Assembly: GCF_000014265.1 (NCBI RefSeq)
Contig: NC_008312.1
Coordinates: 5,130,001-5,162,000 of the forward strand
Direction of reading: 5' to 3'
Source of the DNA: Trichodesmium erythraeum IMS101
Lineage (GTDB): Bacteria; Cyanobacteriota; Cyanobacteriia; Cyanobacteriales; Microcoleaceae
Length of the DNA stretch: 32,000 nt
Shown here: piece by piece, positions 6,706-15,168 of the stretch
Layout of the letters: each line of letters starts with the position of its first letter
Numbering within the stretch: position 1 is the first letter of the stretch
Notes under the pieces: generated by a model
What the model was told of the DNA's origin: nothing
Seen by the model: the letters and a program-made list of their open reading frames with translations, nothing else
Database searches by the model: none
Made by a program: the position numbers and the translations under genes

Positions 6706-9645
6706 ATGCAAATTCTTCACTTAGATTTAAAATTAATAGGGGATAATTATGCTGAAGTCCGATACTTTTGGAATAATCCCAATGATTACCAATCTTATCA
6801 ATTATCTTTGACAGAAACTTCTGATGTCATCAAAAAAATAGATAGTATTTATAATACAAGACTACCAGAAGACTACGCCAAAACTGGTCAAACACTTTAT
6901 AACTGGTTGGATGGAAATAATCGTATTTTTCGACAAGAACTTGATAAATATCAACGGGAAGGAATTGTTTTAGCTATTTCTACTTCAGAAAGATTAGCTC
7001 ATTTACCTTGGGAGTTGCTCCATGATGGTCAAGAATTTTTAGTTCAGCGTAAACCTGCTATTATTCCTGTTCGTTGGGTGACCGATAGTCAACAACTTTC
7101 TTTTCAAAATCAACCTAATAACCGAGCATTAAATGTGGTGTTTATGGCAAGTTCCCCCCGCAACACGGGAGACTATTTTCGTGAACTTGATTTTGAAGCG
7201 GAGGAGGGAAGTATTTTGGAAGCAACCAAAAGATCGCCTTTGTTTTTAGAAGTAGAAGAAAGTGGTTGTTTGACTGAGTTAGGTTATCTGGTGGAAAGCC
7301 AGGAAGAGAATTTTTTCGATGTTGTTCATCTCACAGGTCATGCAACTTTTGAGCATGGCAAACCTTGCTTTATTACTGAGACAGAATATGGGGAAGCAAA
7401 ATATAGCAGTGCGGAAGATATTGCTAAAGAATTACAATTTCAGCACCCGAAACTAATTTTTTTATCGGGTTGTCGGAGTGGATATTCACATCACGAAAAT
7501 GTTCCATCAATGGCAGAATCTTTATTAAGTCAAGGTGCAACAGCAGTTTTAGGATGGGGCGGTTGGGTTTTAGATACAGAAGCAACAAAAGCAGCAGCAA
7601 AGCTATATCAGGGGTTGTCCTTTGGTAAAGGGGTAACGGAAGCATTAGGGGAAACTTACCAGGAATTAATTGAGGTTGAAGCTAGAGATTGGCATAAATT
7701 ACGACTTTATGTAGCGGGTAGTTTACCGGGAGCGTTGGTAACCCCTTTGAGAAAACGAGGTCGGAAACCAGCACCCCGTTACCAGAAAACCATTGAATTT
7801 AGAGACCCAGAAGGTAAACTTAGGGTGGCCACTCGTGAAAATTTTGTTGGTCGTCGTCGTCAGTTACAAAATTGTCTCCGTACTTTTAAGTTAGATTCTG
7901 ATAAGTTGGGAGTGTTAATTCATGGTATGGGAGGTTTGGGAAAAAGTACCATTGCTTCTCGACTTTGGGAGCGTTTATCGGAATATGAAAGGGTTTCATG
8001 GTGGCGACAAATTGATAATTCTAATTTAGTGGAAAAATTGGCAGATAAATTGAAAGATGCTGACCTGCGTTTTGCCTTAAAAGATAATCAAAATGAACTC
8101 AAATATAGGTTGCGAGATTTATTTGAAAATTTAAGTGAAGCTGGAGCAAAACCTTTTCTTTTCCTGTTTGATGACTTTGAATGGAATCTTGAACCTCGTC
8201 AAGGTGGATATGTTTTGAAGCCTAAAGCAGCAGAAGTTTTAAATGCTTTAATTTGGGCAATTCAGGAAGTAGGTGCGAGGGAAAAAATTATTATTACTTC
8301 TCGTTATAAGTTTCAATTTGAGTTATTAAGTGAGTTTTGGGTACAAGGTTTAGAAGCATTTCGCAAAGCTGATTTAGAGAAAAATTTGAAACGTCTGGAG
8401 AATTTTAATTCGGGAAAAATTGATAAACAATTAATTGAAAGAGCGTTAAAACTTGCCAACGGAAATCCTCGTTTATTGGAATGGTTGGATAAAGATGTAC
8501 TTGCTTGTGGGGATATTGACGGGAAGTTAAGTAAACTTGAATCTAGTTCTGAAGATTGGCAGGGGAAAATTATTTGGCCTGAACTTTATGAACAAATTGA
8601 TGAAAAAATGATTCAGGTATTGAGTCATTGTTTGGTGTTTGAAATTCCTGTACCGATGTCAGCTTTAGAGGTAGTTTGTGAGTCTATTTCTGGTTGTAAA
8701 GAACAACTTAAAAGAGGGATTGATTTAAGTTTGATAGAAGTTAGTTCAGAAGTAGAAGAACCTGAGCGTGTTTATCAGGTTTCACGAGTGTTGCCTCCTA
8801 TTATTTCGAGTATTAAATTACCTAAAGCTCCTGAAGCTTATTCTTTCTATGAAAAAGGTTCAGAAAAATTGTTTAAGTTGTGGGGTACAATACCCAATCA
8901 AAACTGGAAAAGATGGCGTGAGATTTTCCGGTTAAAGTTTGCCCATAAAGAAAATCCTGAGCGATTTCGACAGGGGTTGTCTTCAACGTTATCCTTCTAT
9001 TATGATAATCAGGGTGTGCACTATTATAATTTAGCCCATGCTGCTTATTGGTCTGAACTTAAGGAAATCAAAACTGAACTAGAAGAACTGCTACAGGATA
9101 ATAATTTGGAAGAATATTTGCGTCATAATAATTTGGAAGAATATTTGCGTCAAAGTGAATGGAGAAAAGCTGATGAGGAGACACTAGTAATTTTTTATCA
9201 AACAACAGTAATTTTTCCTGAATTAATAAAATTTCAAGGTTCTGATGGTGTAACATCTTTTATTTATGATGATAGGGAGATTCCACGGTTAACACTTGAG
9301 TACATAGACCAACTTTGGGTAAAATATAGCCATGGTAAGTTTGGTTTTTCCGTCCAAAAAAAAATTTATCAGAGTTTGGGTGGAAAAGGAGAGTATGACA
9401 GGGAAGTATACGAAGCATTTGGTAATGAAGTCGGATGGCGTTCAGGAGAAAAACAGTTGTCTTACTCTGAACTAACTTTTAGCTTAGATACGCATTATAC
9501 GGGGCATCTCCCATTTCAGGCATGGAATCATTGGGAAGAGGCTAGTAAATTCGCTGCGGCTATGACAGGGAAGTATCCAGTGAAGTTTACAGTTTACTAC
9601 TATACGAAGCATTTGATTAGGTATCCGAGAAATATGGAGATTTGA
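6706..9645 (+). CDS. Multidomain CHAT (caspase-like protease) - STAND P-loop NTPase - GUN4-like domain protein
   Basis: CHAT module: LAHLPWELLHDG, His in VVHLTGHATF (7327-7341), Cys in LIFLSGCRSG (7471-7473). NTPase module: FVGRRRQL...VLIHGMGGLGKSTIASRLWERL (Walker A 7924-7950), Walker B-like PFLFLFDDFEW, and the helical motif ANGNPRLLEWL. C-terminus: SEWRKADEET...LEYIDQLWVKYSHGKFGFSVQKKIY...FGNEVGWRSG...YTGHLPF, which matches the cyanobacterial GUN4-domain pattern. Confidence 0.85.
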   Translation: MQILHLDLKLIGDNYAEVRYFWNNPNDYQSYQLSLTETSDVIKKIDSIYNTRLPEDYAKTGQTLYNWLDGNNRIFRQELDKYQREGIVLAISTSERLAHLPWELLHDGQEFLVQRKPAIIPVRWVTDSQQLSFQNQPNNRALNVVFMASSPRNTGDYFRELDFEAEEGSILEATKRSPLFLEVEESGCLTELGYLVESQEENFFDVVHLTGHATFEHGKPCFITETEYGEAKYSSAEDIAKELQFQHPKLIFLSGCRSGYSHHENVPSMAESLLSQGATAVLGWGGWVLDTEATKAAAKLYQGLSFGKGVTEALGETYQELIEVEARDWHKLRLYVAGSLPGALVTPLRKRGRKPAPRYQKTIEFRDPEGKLRVATRENFVGRRRQLQNCLRTFKLDSDKLGVLIHGMGGLGKSTIASRLWERLSEYERVSWWRQIDNSNLVEKLADKLKDADLRFALKDNQNELKYRLRDLFENLSEAGAKPFLFLFDDFEWNLEPRQGGYVLKPKAAEVLNALIWAIQEVGAREKIIITSRYKFQFELLSEFWVQGLEAFRKADLEKNLKRLENFNSGKIDKQLIERALKLANGNPRLLEWLDKDVLACGDIDGKLSKLESSSEDWQGKIIWPELYEQIDEKMIQVLSHCLVFEIPVPMSALEVVCESISGCKEQLKRGIDLSLIEVSSEVEEPERVYQVSRVLPPIISSIKLPKAPEAYSFYEKGSEKLFKLWGTIPNQNWKRWREIFRLKFAHKENPERFRQGLSSTLSFYYDNQGVHYYNLAHAAYWSELKEIKTELEELLQDNNLEEYLRHNNLEEYLRQSEWRKADEETLVIFYQTTVIFPELIKFQGSDGVTSFIYDDREIPRLTLEYIDQLWVKYSHGKFGFSVQKKIYQSLGGKGEYDREVYEAFGNEVGWRSGEKQLSYSELTFSLDTHYTGHLPFQAWNHWEEASKFAAAMTGKYPVKFTVYYYTKHLIRYPRNMEI
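9098..9151 (+). repeat. Perfect 27-bp tandem duplication inside the CDS (ataataatttggaagaatatttgcgtc x2)
   Basis: 9098-9124 equals 9125-9151 exactly. It encodes NNLEEYLRH/NNLEEYLRQ in frame, just upstream of the GUN4-like domain. Confidence 0.95.
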
Positions 9646-10080
9646 TGGGGAAAACTTATTTATTTATTGTTTACAATATGGAAATTATCAGGAACAAGAA
9701 AAGTCAAATGTTTTGCCAATTTTATCGAGGTCAGTTATTTTAAATTTTCTTATTAGGCGAGGAGAAAAAGGCGAAAATGCTTTGCTCCGAGAGTTTCGTG
9801 AATGGTTACAGAACCCAGAGAATAGGTAGAAGTAAATGATTTTTTTTCTGAGTCATAGCGATCGCTCTTTTCTACAAAAGTTTGATTATAAATATTTCTA
9901 CTTTATATACTTTAAACCCTCTGTCTCTATAAATTTATCGCTAAAACCCGACTACGCACTTTCATCATAATTATTCAATCAGACATAATATAACTTATTA
10001 AACTTATCCTGACAAAAACTCCTGTAATATTTTTCTCAAATATCCAGGAGTTTAGTAAAATTTTCCCTACTCAACTAACC

Positions 10081-12144
10081 TTATTCCACCACTTTTTTTT
10101 CCTGCTCATTCAAACTAACTTTGACATCCTCATCAGACTCTTCCGAAGCTTTTGTCAACTCAAAAATTGGCGGTTCTAAATCAGGAATAGGTACTTCAAA
10201 CCCTGGGGGTAAAGGAGGCAGTTGTGGCAGACCAGAACCATTATCTTTAGTCTGCTTCAGCAACTCATTAATACTAACCTCTGGTACAGGCGGTACTTCC
10301 GTAACCTTCAATGCTGCCATCAAATTCCCCAAAGCAAACTCAATATGACTATCTGGATCTTTCGTCACCCATCCATCCTGTGTTAACTGTCGCATTTCAA
10401 AATGTAAATGGGGACCCGTAGACATTCCCGTACTACCAACCCTGCCAATAACCTCACCCTGTTGTACAAACTCCCCTGGCTGCACAAAAATTTCTGATAA
10501 GTGACCATAGAGAGTTTCCAATGATTTTCTCTGGTGGTCTAACACAACAGCTACACCATAACCACCTAACCAGTCAGCGATCGCTACCTTTCCTGCATAA
10601 GTTGCCACTACTGGAGTACCAGTTGGTGCCCCTAAGTCTGTTCCAGTATGAAACTTTCTATAACCTAAAACTGGATGTTCTCTCCACCCAAATAATGAAG
10701 TAATAGGTGCTGGAACAGATAGAGGAAATATTAACCGAGTATTACCATTTCCAGGTACTGCCGGAGGTCGCATGGTGCGTTTGTAATAAGCTAAACCTGA
10801 CTGAGATATGGGGTTATGAAAAAGTCCCTGCACCTGAGCCGGTAATACTGCTGCCACCTCCACTCCTCTTGAAGAGTCTGAGTAGTTTGGAGCATAAGAG
10901 GTGCTGGAGTAATAACCATTTTGACCGGAGGATGAGTTTGAATAGTAACTTGTTTGACTATAACTAGAAGTATCTGAATAATAACTATTATCCTTGGAAG
11001 AGTAATAGCTATTATCATTGGAAGAATAATAACTATTATCGTTGGAGGAGTAATTTTGCCGACCTTCCCCATACAATGAATTATAAGATGAAGTTTGAGC
11101 AGGAGCACTCCAATTATTTGTTGCAGTAGTTCCACTCCAATTATTGTTCTGAGTAGGGGCGCTCCAATTATTATTATTTTCAGCTACAGCACTCCAATTT
11201 TTATTATTATTTTCGGCTACAGCACTCCAATTTTTATTATTTGTTGGATATTGAGCAACTTCACCTGTAGAACGCTCTGAGAAAACTACTGTACTTGGTG
11301 CCTCATAACTATCAGTTGCACCCACTTTATAATCTGTCTCATCTATATAAGCATTAGTCGAACCATTATAATAATAAAGCTTCTCAGGTTTTGGTAGTGT
11401 TAGAGGTGGTAAGTTATTTTTAGATTTTTTTGATAGGTTGATATTAGTATTAGTCGGAGGTGCTACATATAAATTTTTGGGTAGATAGATAGTACTGTCT
11501 GGTTCCGGTTCTGGTTCCGGTTCATAAATTGGTGCTGGCTGGGAATAGTAATAAGGTTCCGGTTCATAAGTTGGTGCTGGTTGAGAATAATATGGTTCCG
11601 GTGAATAATATGGCTCTGGTTCGTAGTAGGGTTGAGAATAATATGGTTCTGGTTCGTAATAACTTGGTGCTGGTGAAGAATAATATGGTTCTGGTGAATA
11701 AGATGGTGCTGGTGAATAATATGGTGCTGGTTCGTAGTAGGGTTGAGAATAATATGGTGCTGGTGAATAGGATGGTGCTGGTGAATAATATGGCTCTGGT
11801 GAATAAGATGGTGCTGGCGAATAATATGGCTCTGGTGAATAAGATGGTGCTGGCGAATAATATGGCTCTGGTGAATAAGATGGTGCTGAATAAGATGTTT
11901 GGGGTACTGGGGCGGGTTGATATGATGGGTCATAGTCATATACTTCTATTTCCAAAACCACCTCCCCTAAAACCATACCTCTACTCAGCATCCCTAAACT
12001 AGCTAGACAACAACCTAGCTGCATAAGTGATTTGCGAGGGAAGAGTTTGGTGATTTTCAAATTTTGCTTTTGGTTCGGCCCTTGAGTTATTTCCTGTATT
12101 TCAGCTTTAGACTCAATTGATTGATTTTGATTTTCTGGTGACAT
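10081..12144 (-). CDS. M23 (LytM-type) peptidoglycan metalloendopeptidase with an N-terminal membrane anchor and long low-complexity repeat linkers
   Basis: C-terminal domain FGWREHPVLGYRKFHTGTDLGAPTGTPV...LYGHLSEI...GSTGMSTGPHLHFEMR carries the HxxxD and HxH zinc motifs. The N-terminal hydrophobic segment is LMQLGCCLASLGMLSRGMVLGEVVL. There are PAPSYSPEPYYS-type repeats and NNNWSA / SNDNSYYS repeats. Confidence 0.9.
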   Translation of the reverse strand: MSPENQNQSIESKAEIQEITQGPNQKQNLKITKLFPRKSLMQLGCCLASLGMLSRGMVLGEVVLEIEVYDYDPSYQPAPVPQTSYSAPSYSPEPYYSPAPSYSPEPYYSPAPSYSPEPYYSPAPSYSPAPYYSQPYYEPAPYYSPAPSYSPEPYYSSPAPSYYEPEPYYSQPYYEPEPYYSPEPYYSQPAPTYEPEPYYYSQPAPIYEPEPEPEPDSTIYLPKNLYVAPPTNTNINLSKKSKNNLPPLTLPKPEKLYYYNGSTNAYIDETDYKVGATDSYEAPSTVVFSERSTGEVAQYPTNNKNWSAVAENNNKNWSAVAENNNNWSAPTQNNNWSGTTATNNWSAPAQTSSYNSLYGEGRQNYSSNDNSYYSSNDNSYYSSKDNSYYSDTSSYSQTSYYSNSSSGQNGYYSSTSYAPNYSDSSRGVEVAAVLPAQVQGLFHNPISQSGLAYYKRTMRPPAVPGNGNTRLIFPLSVPAPITSLFGWREHPVLGYRKFHTGTDLGAPTGTPVVATYAGKVAIADWLGGYGVAVVLDHQRKSLETLYGHLSEIFVQPGEFVQQGEVIGRVGSTGMSTGPHLHFEMRQLTQDGWVTKDPDSHIEFALGNLMAALKVTEVPPVPEVSINELLKQTKDNGSGLPQLPPLPPGFEVPIPDLEPPIFELTKASEESDEDVKVSLNEQEKKVVE
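11500..11940 (-). repeat. Coding tandem repeats (Pro/Tyr/Ser-rich, roughly 36-nt periodicity) within the M23 gene
   Basis: Reiterated tggtgctggtgaataa(g/t)atgg... units on the + strand give (S)PEPYYSPAPSY repeats. They also create spurious ORFs in other frames on both strands. Confidence 0.85.
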
Positions 12145-12562
12145 TATTATTTAAGTTGCTTTTTATAAACAATTTAACAGTTTAATAAACTTTGACTTCG
12201 ATATAACCATGTTTTTTCACCCTATGGGTTTGGAAAGCAAGTAATATCCTGTTTCAAGAAAATATTAAATTTTTCCCACTTAAAAATAAATGACCAGATG
12301 TATTCCAATTTGTGCCCCACTCCCCTGTTCCTCACTACTCTTAGATTTTTTTTACAGGAATAATACTGTAAAACAAATCAGACTCCAGGGAAACAAGACT
12401 TGATAGACATTAGAGGAAGTAGACAACGAAGCACAGCCACCTCTAAATTAAAACTTATAAAAATTTAGCTCTCTATCAAGCCAGCACAAAATTTAAGCAA
12501 TGACAATTATTTTTTTCTCCCTTACCACTTTCTCCTCTTTGCACTTTAAGTCTATTCACCCA

Positions 12563-13429
12563 TTAACCATAACCCAGACTGATTGTACCTGGTTTTAGAT
12601 ATATTTCTGAAGGTAATATTTGAGACTGAGTTTTTGCAGTAGCTGAACCAGAATTAATTTTTACTTTTAACTCCCCACTCTTTGTCACTCCTACAACCTC
12701 CCCAAGACGATCTTCCACCAATACCTGCTTCCCCATATTTATTAATAGTTGATTATAGGCAGGTAAAATATTTTCTATTCCTGAGTCTAAAAGTTGTCTA
12801 ATGGCAGACTCTAATGCATGAAAAACTATTGCCGCTAACATTTCTAGAGAAGATATTCCTGGTTGAGACTCGTTTCTATAATAACTTTGCAGGTTAATCC
12901 CTGTATCTCCTATCTCAGAATTTGCCCAGTTAATCCCAATACCAATTACTGCCCAAGGAACTTTTTCTTTCTTGACCCTCGTTTCTGTAAGGATACCACC
13001 TAATTTTCGATTTTCTAGAATTAAGTCGTTAGGCCACTTAATTTTAACTGGTACACCATAATTCTGCAAACTTGAGGCTATACCCCAAGCTGTACATAAG
13101 GTTAGTTGTGGGATATGAGATATCAATATTTTGGGCATACTCGTCCATCCGCAACCCTTACAGAAAGCTACTGACATATATAGTCCGCCAATACTTGATA
13201 TCCAGTTTCTACCCCATTGTCCTCGCCCTGCTGTTTGTTGGGCAGCTATGACCATAGTTCCTGATGATGCTCCTGAGTCAATTAGTTGCCAGAGGGTTTG
13301 ATTTGTTGAGGGAAGGCTAGAAAAAATGTGCAAATGATTGGGGGTTAAAGGACTCGAGCTGTGGGATAATTTCGTTCCCTGAATATTTGATAGGGAGTTG
13401 ATAAATTTTTGTTGATTAAATTCTAACAA
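12563..13429 (-). CDS. birA: Biotin--[acetyl-CoA-carboxylase] ligase
   Basis: GRGQWGRNWISSIGGLYMSV (the GRGRxGRxW biotin-binding loop), KIKWPNDLILENRKLGGILTE, and a C-terminal SH3-like tail. The track start is TTG (13429) and there is no upstream in-frame ATG, so the start is uncertain. Confidence 0.85.
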   Translation of the reverse strand: MLEFNQQKFINSLSNIQGTKLSHSSSPLTPNHLHIFSSLPSTNQTLWQLIDSGASSGTMVIAAQQTAGRGQWGRNWISSIGGLYMSVAFCKGCGWTSMPKILISHIPQLTLCTAWGIASSLQNYGVPVKIKWPNDLILENRKLGGILTETRVKKEKVPWAVIGIGINWANSEIGDTGINLQSYYRNESQPGISSLEMLAAIVFHALESAIRQLLDSGIENILPAYNQLLINMGKQVLVEDRLGEVVGVTKSGELKVKINSGSATAKTQSQILPSEIYLKPGTISLGYG

Positions 13430-13672
13430 TTTTTTTTCTTTAGATAATTCTATATTTATGTATTATGGTTTTGATTGATTTGGCTAAACTAAACTTTTCT
13501 TCTCATAGCTAATTCATTTTTATAAGCACCAAACCAATATAAATTTTTTCCCTATTGTCTATAGAGTAATAACAAAATCAACCTTTTAAACTATAGGGAA
13601 CCTGAATATAGTTAGGAACAGTGCCAAAATAAAAATCTAAACTGCAAACTGCGAATTTTGATTTTGATTCTG

Positions 13673-14509
13673 ATGACTATAGCTAACTCTGATTCACAAA
13701 AACTAAGTAAATACTACCAAGTTTTGAGTAAAAATAATGTAACTTGGTATTGGCAAAAATGGGAAGGACTACCCTTCCTAACCTGTAGCCTTTTACAAAA
13801 TTGGCCTCATGGTTTTTTTACTAACCATTTTTTCCCCAACACACCAACAGAATTAGTAGATATATTACATCCTTCAGCAGAAGTATATCGTGTCAAGCAA
13901 GTACATGGTAGTACTGTAATTACACCAGCGAAGTTTACTGTTGAAACTGAAGGAAATTATCCCGAAGCTGATGGTTTACTCACAGAAAAAGCCAAACAAG
14001 CAGTTTGGGTTTGTACTGCTGACTGTGTTCCTGTTCTAATTGCTGACCAAAAAACCGGACAAGTAGCTGCTGTTCATGCCGGGTGGCGTGGTACTGCTGC
14101 CAAAATTGTTCCCGTGGCATTGGCCGGTTTTGAGGCCCAGGGAAGTCAATTATCTGATTTATTAGTTGTACTTGGCCCTGCTATTGCTGGAGAGGTTTAT
14201 CAAGTCTCTCAAGAGGTAGCAGCCCAAGTGGGAGCAACGATTTTTCCAGAAACAGGAAAAGCAACCATTGAAGATATTATGCATTTCCTTGAGCTTTTAC
14301 CCCATTCACCAATATTGTCCGATCCAGAACCGGGAAAAGTTCGCCTAGATGTTCGTTTAGTCAATATCTTACAATTAAAACAATTAGGTATTGATAATCA
14401 ACAGGTGGCGATCGCTCCCTATTGTACTTATCAACAACCAGAATACTTTTTCTCTTATCGGCGTGAAAAACAAAAAAAGGTGCAGTGGTCAGGAATAGTT
14501 AGTAACTGA
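13673..14509 (+). CDS. pgeF: Peptidoglycan editing factor PgeF (YfiH/DUF152, laccase-domain protein)
   Basis: VKQVHGSTVI...EADGLLT...VWVCTADCVPVLIAD...VAAVHAGWRGTAAKIV...CTYQQPEYFFSYRRE. The track ORF begins at TTG 13658; I prefer the in-frame ATG at 13673. Confidence 0.85.
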   Translation: MTIANSDSQKLSKYYQVLSKNNVTWYWQKWEGLPFLTCSLLQNWPHGFFTNHFFPNTPTELVDILHPSAEVYRVKQVHGSTVITPAKFTVETEGNYPEADGLLTEKAKQAVWVCTADCVPVLIADQKTGQVAAVHAGWRGTAAKIVPVALAGFEAQGSQLSDLLVVLGPAIAGEVYQVSQEVAAQVGATIFPETGKATIEDIMHFLELLPHSPILSDPEPGKVRLDVRLVNILQLKQLGIDNQQVAIAPYCTYQQPEYFFSYRREKQKKVQWSGIVSN

Positions 14510-14635
14510 GATTAAATCATATTAATTATCTATCAAAAGTCAAAGATTAAAACTTAAAAGTAATACAAATTAACGATAGATATTTATAAAAAGAGCCTGT
14601 ACTTCTAAGATCACTTTTATTTCATTTTATTTGAC

Positions 14636-14820
14636 CTTCTCCCGAGCTATGAAGCCGCAGTATTTCTACTGTTGGGTTGCTAAAATTCGAGTTTTGTAAT
14701 TAGCCCGGGCTTCGAGCTCCACAAGCTAAGTCCAACTTCTCATTCCTAGGGCTATAAAAAGACCCTAGCCTAAGAATTGCTTGATGCGCCCATTTTTTGT
14801 CTCCCATTGCTCGGGAGTAA
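14636..14820 (-). ncRNA. Structured RNA candidate (~185 nt), with 6S RNA (ssaA) as one hypothesis
   Basis: A terminal helix CUCCCGAGC / GCUCGGGAG (14810-14818 with 14639-14647), plus an adjacent AUG/CAU, encloses about 165 nt. Internally there is a 12-bp hairpin AUUCUUAGGCUA...UAGCCCUAGGAAU containing a U-G pair that works only on the minus-strand RNA. The minus-strand 3' arm ...CUGCGGCUUCAUAGCUCGGGAGA resembles the E. coli 6S 3' arm ...CUGCGGCGGCAUCUCGGAGA as I recall it. The interior does not fold into a clean 6S rod by eye. Confidence 0.3.
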
Positions 14821-15168
14821 CTGAAAAAAGAAGAATAACAGATGTATTTAAAAAAACAATTAAAAAGTCTTCCGATGGCAGAGCAAGGCTTTAAACCCAA
14901 ATTTTTTGTAAGTCAAATTAAATACCTATCTAGCCAACTTTTATCCATCATATCTCAACATTCTTTTTTTATCTACCTTGTCTTAACCTCAGGCCTCAGA
15001 ACTTAATTCTTATATAGTAAATAAATCATATTCAGTATTAAAGTTATTTGTTAATTTATAGAGAGATATTTGTCAAGTTAACTAGGCATATTTCTGTAAA
15101 ACTAAATAAGATTAAAGTACTATAATTGAATATTGTATCATAGTTTAAAAGATTATTAATAAATTCAT

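Noticed and set aside
7424-9256. Minus-strand ORFs 7424-7645 and 9068-9256
   Set aside because: They are antisense within the CHAT-NTPase-GUN4 CDS. The second is generated by the 27-bp duplication.
9646-9830. Possible frameshifted continuation of the GUN4-like C-terminus after the stop at 9645
   Set aside because: The downstream frames (WGKLIYLLFTIWKLSG..., ...VLPILSRSVILNFLIRRGE...) are short and interrupted. I cannot match them convincingly to the end of GUN4 domains by eye. The question remains open, but I do not claim it.
10121-12002. Seven track ORFs inside the M23 gene region on both strands (for example 11463-11939 minus and 11529-12002 plus)
   Set aside because: They are low-complexity translations (His/Ile/Gln or Asn/Met/Val/Leu runs) produced by the coding tandem repeats. 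The M23 frame is continuous and carries the catalytic motifs.
12318-12345. Yfr1-like motif (GUUCCUCACUAC resembles the conserved ACUCCUCACAC)
   Set aside because: The match is imperfect, and the flanking stem-loop plus terminator architecture of Yfr1 is absent: the only hairpin nearby is preceded, not followed, by the U-run.
14700-14900. 66-aa minus-strand ORF
   Set aside because: It overlaps the structured RNA candidate, its Cys/Phe/Ser-rich sequence is arbitrary, and it has no RBS.
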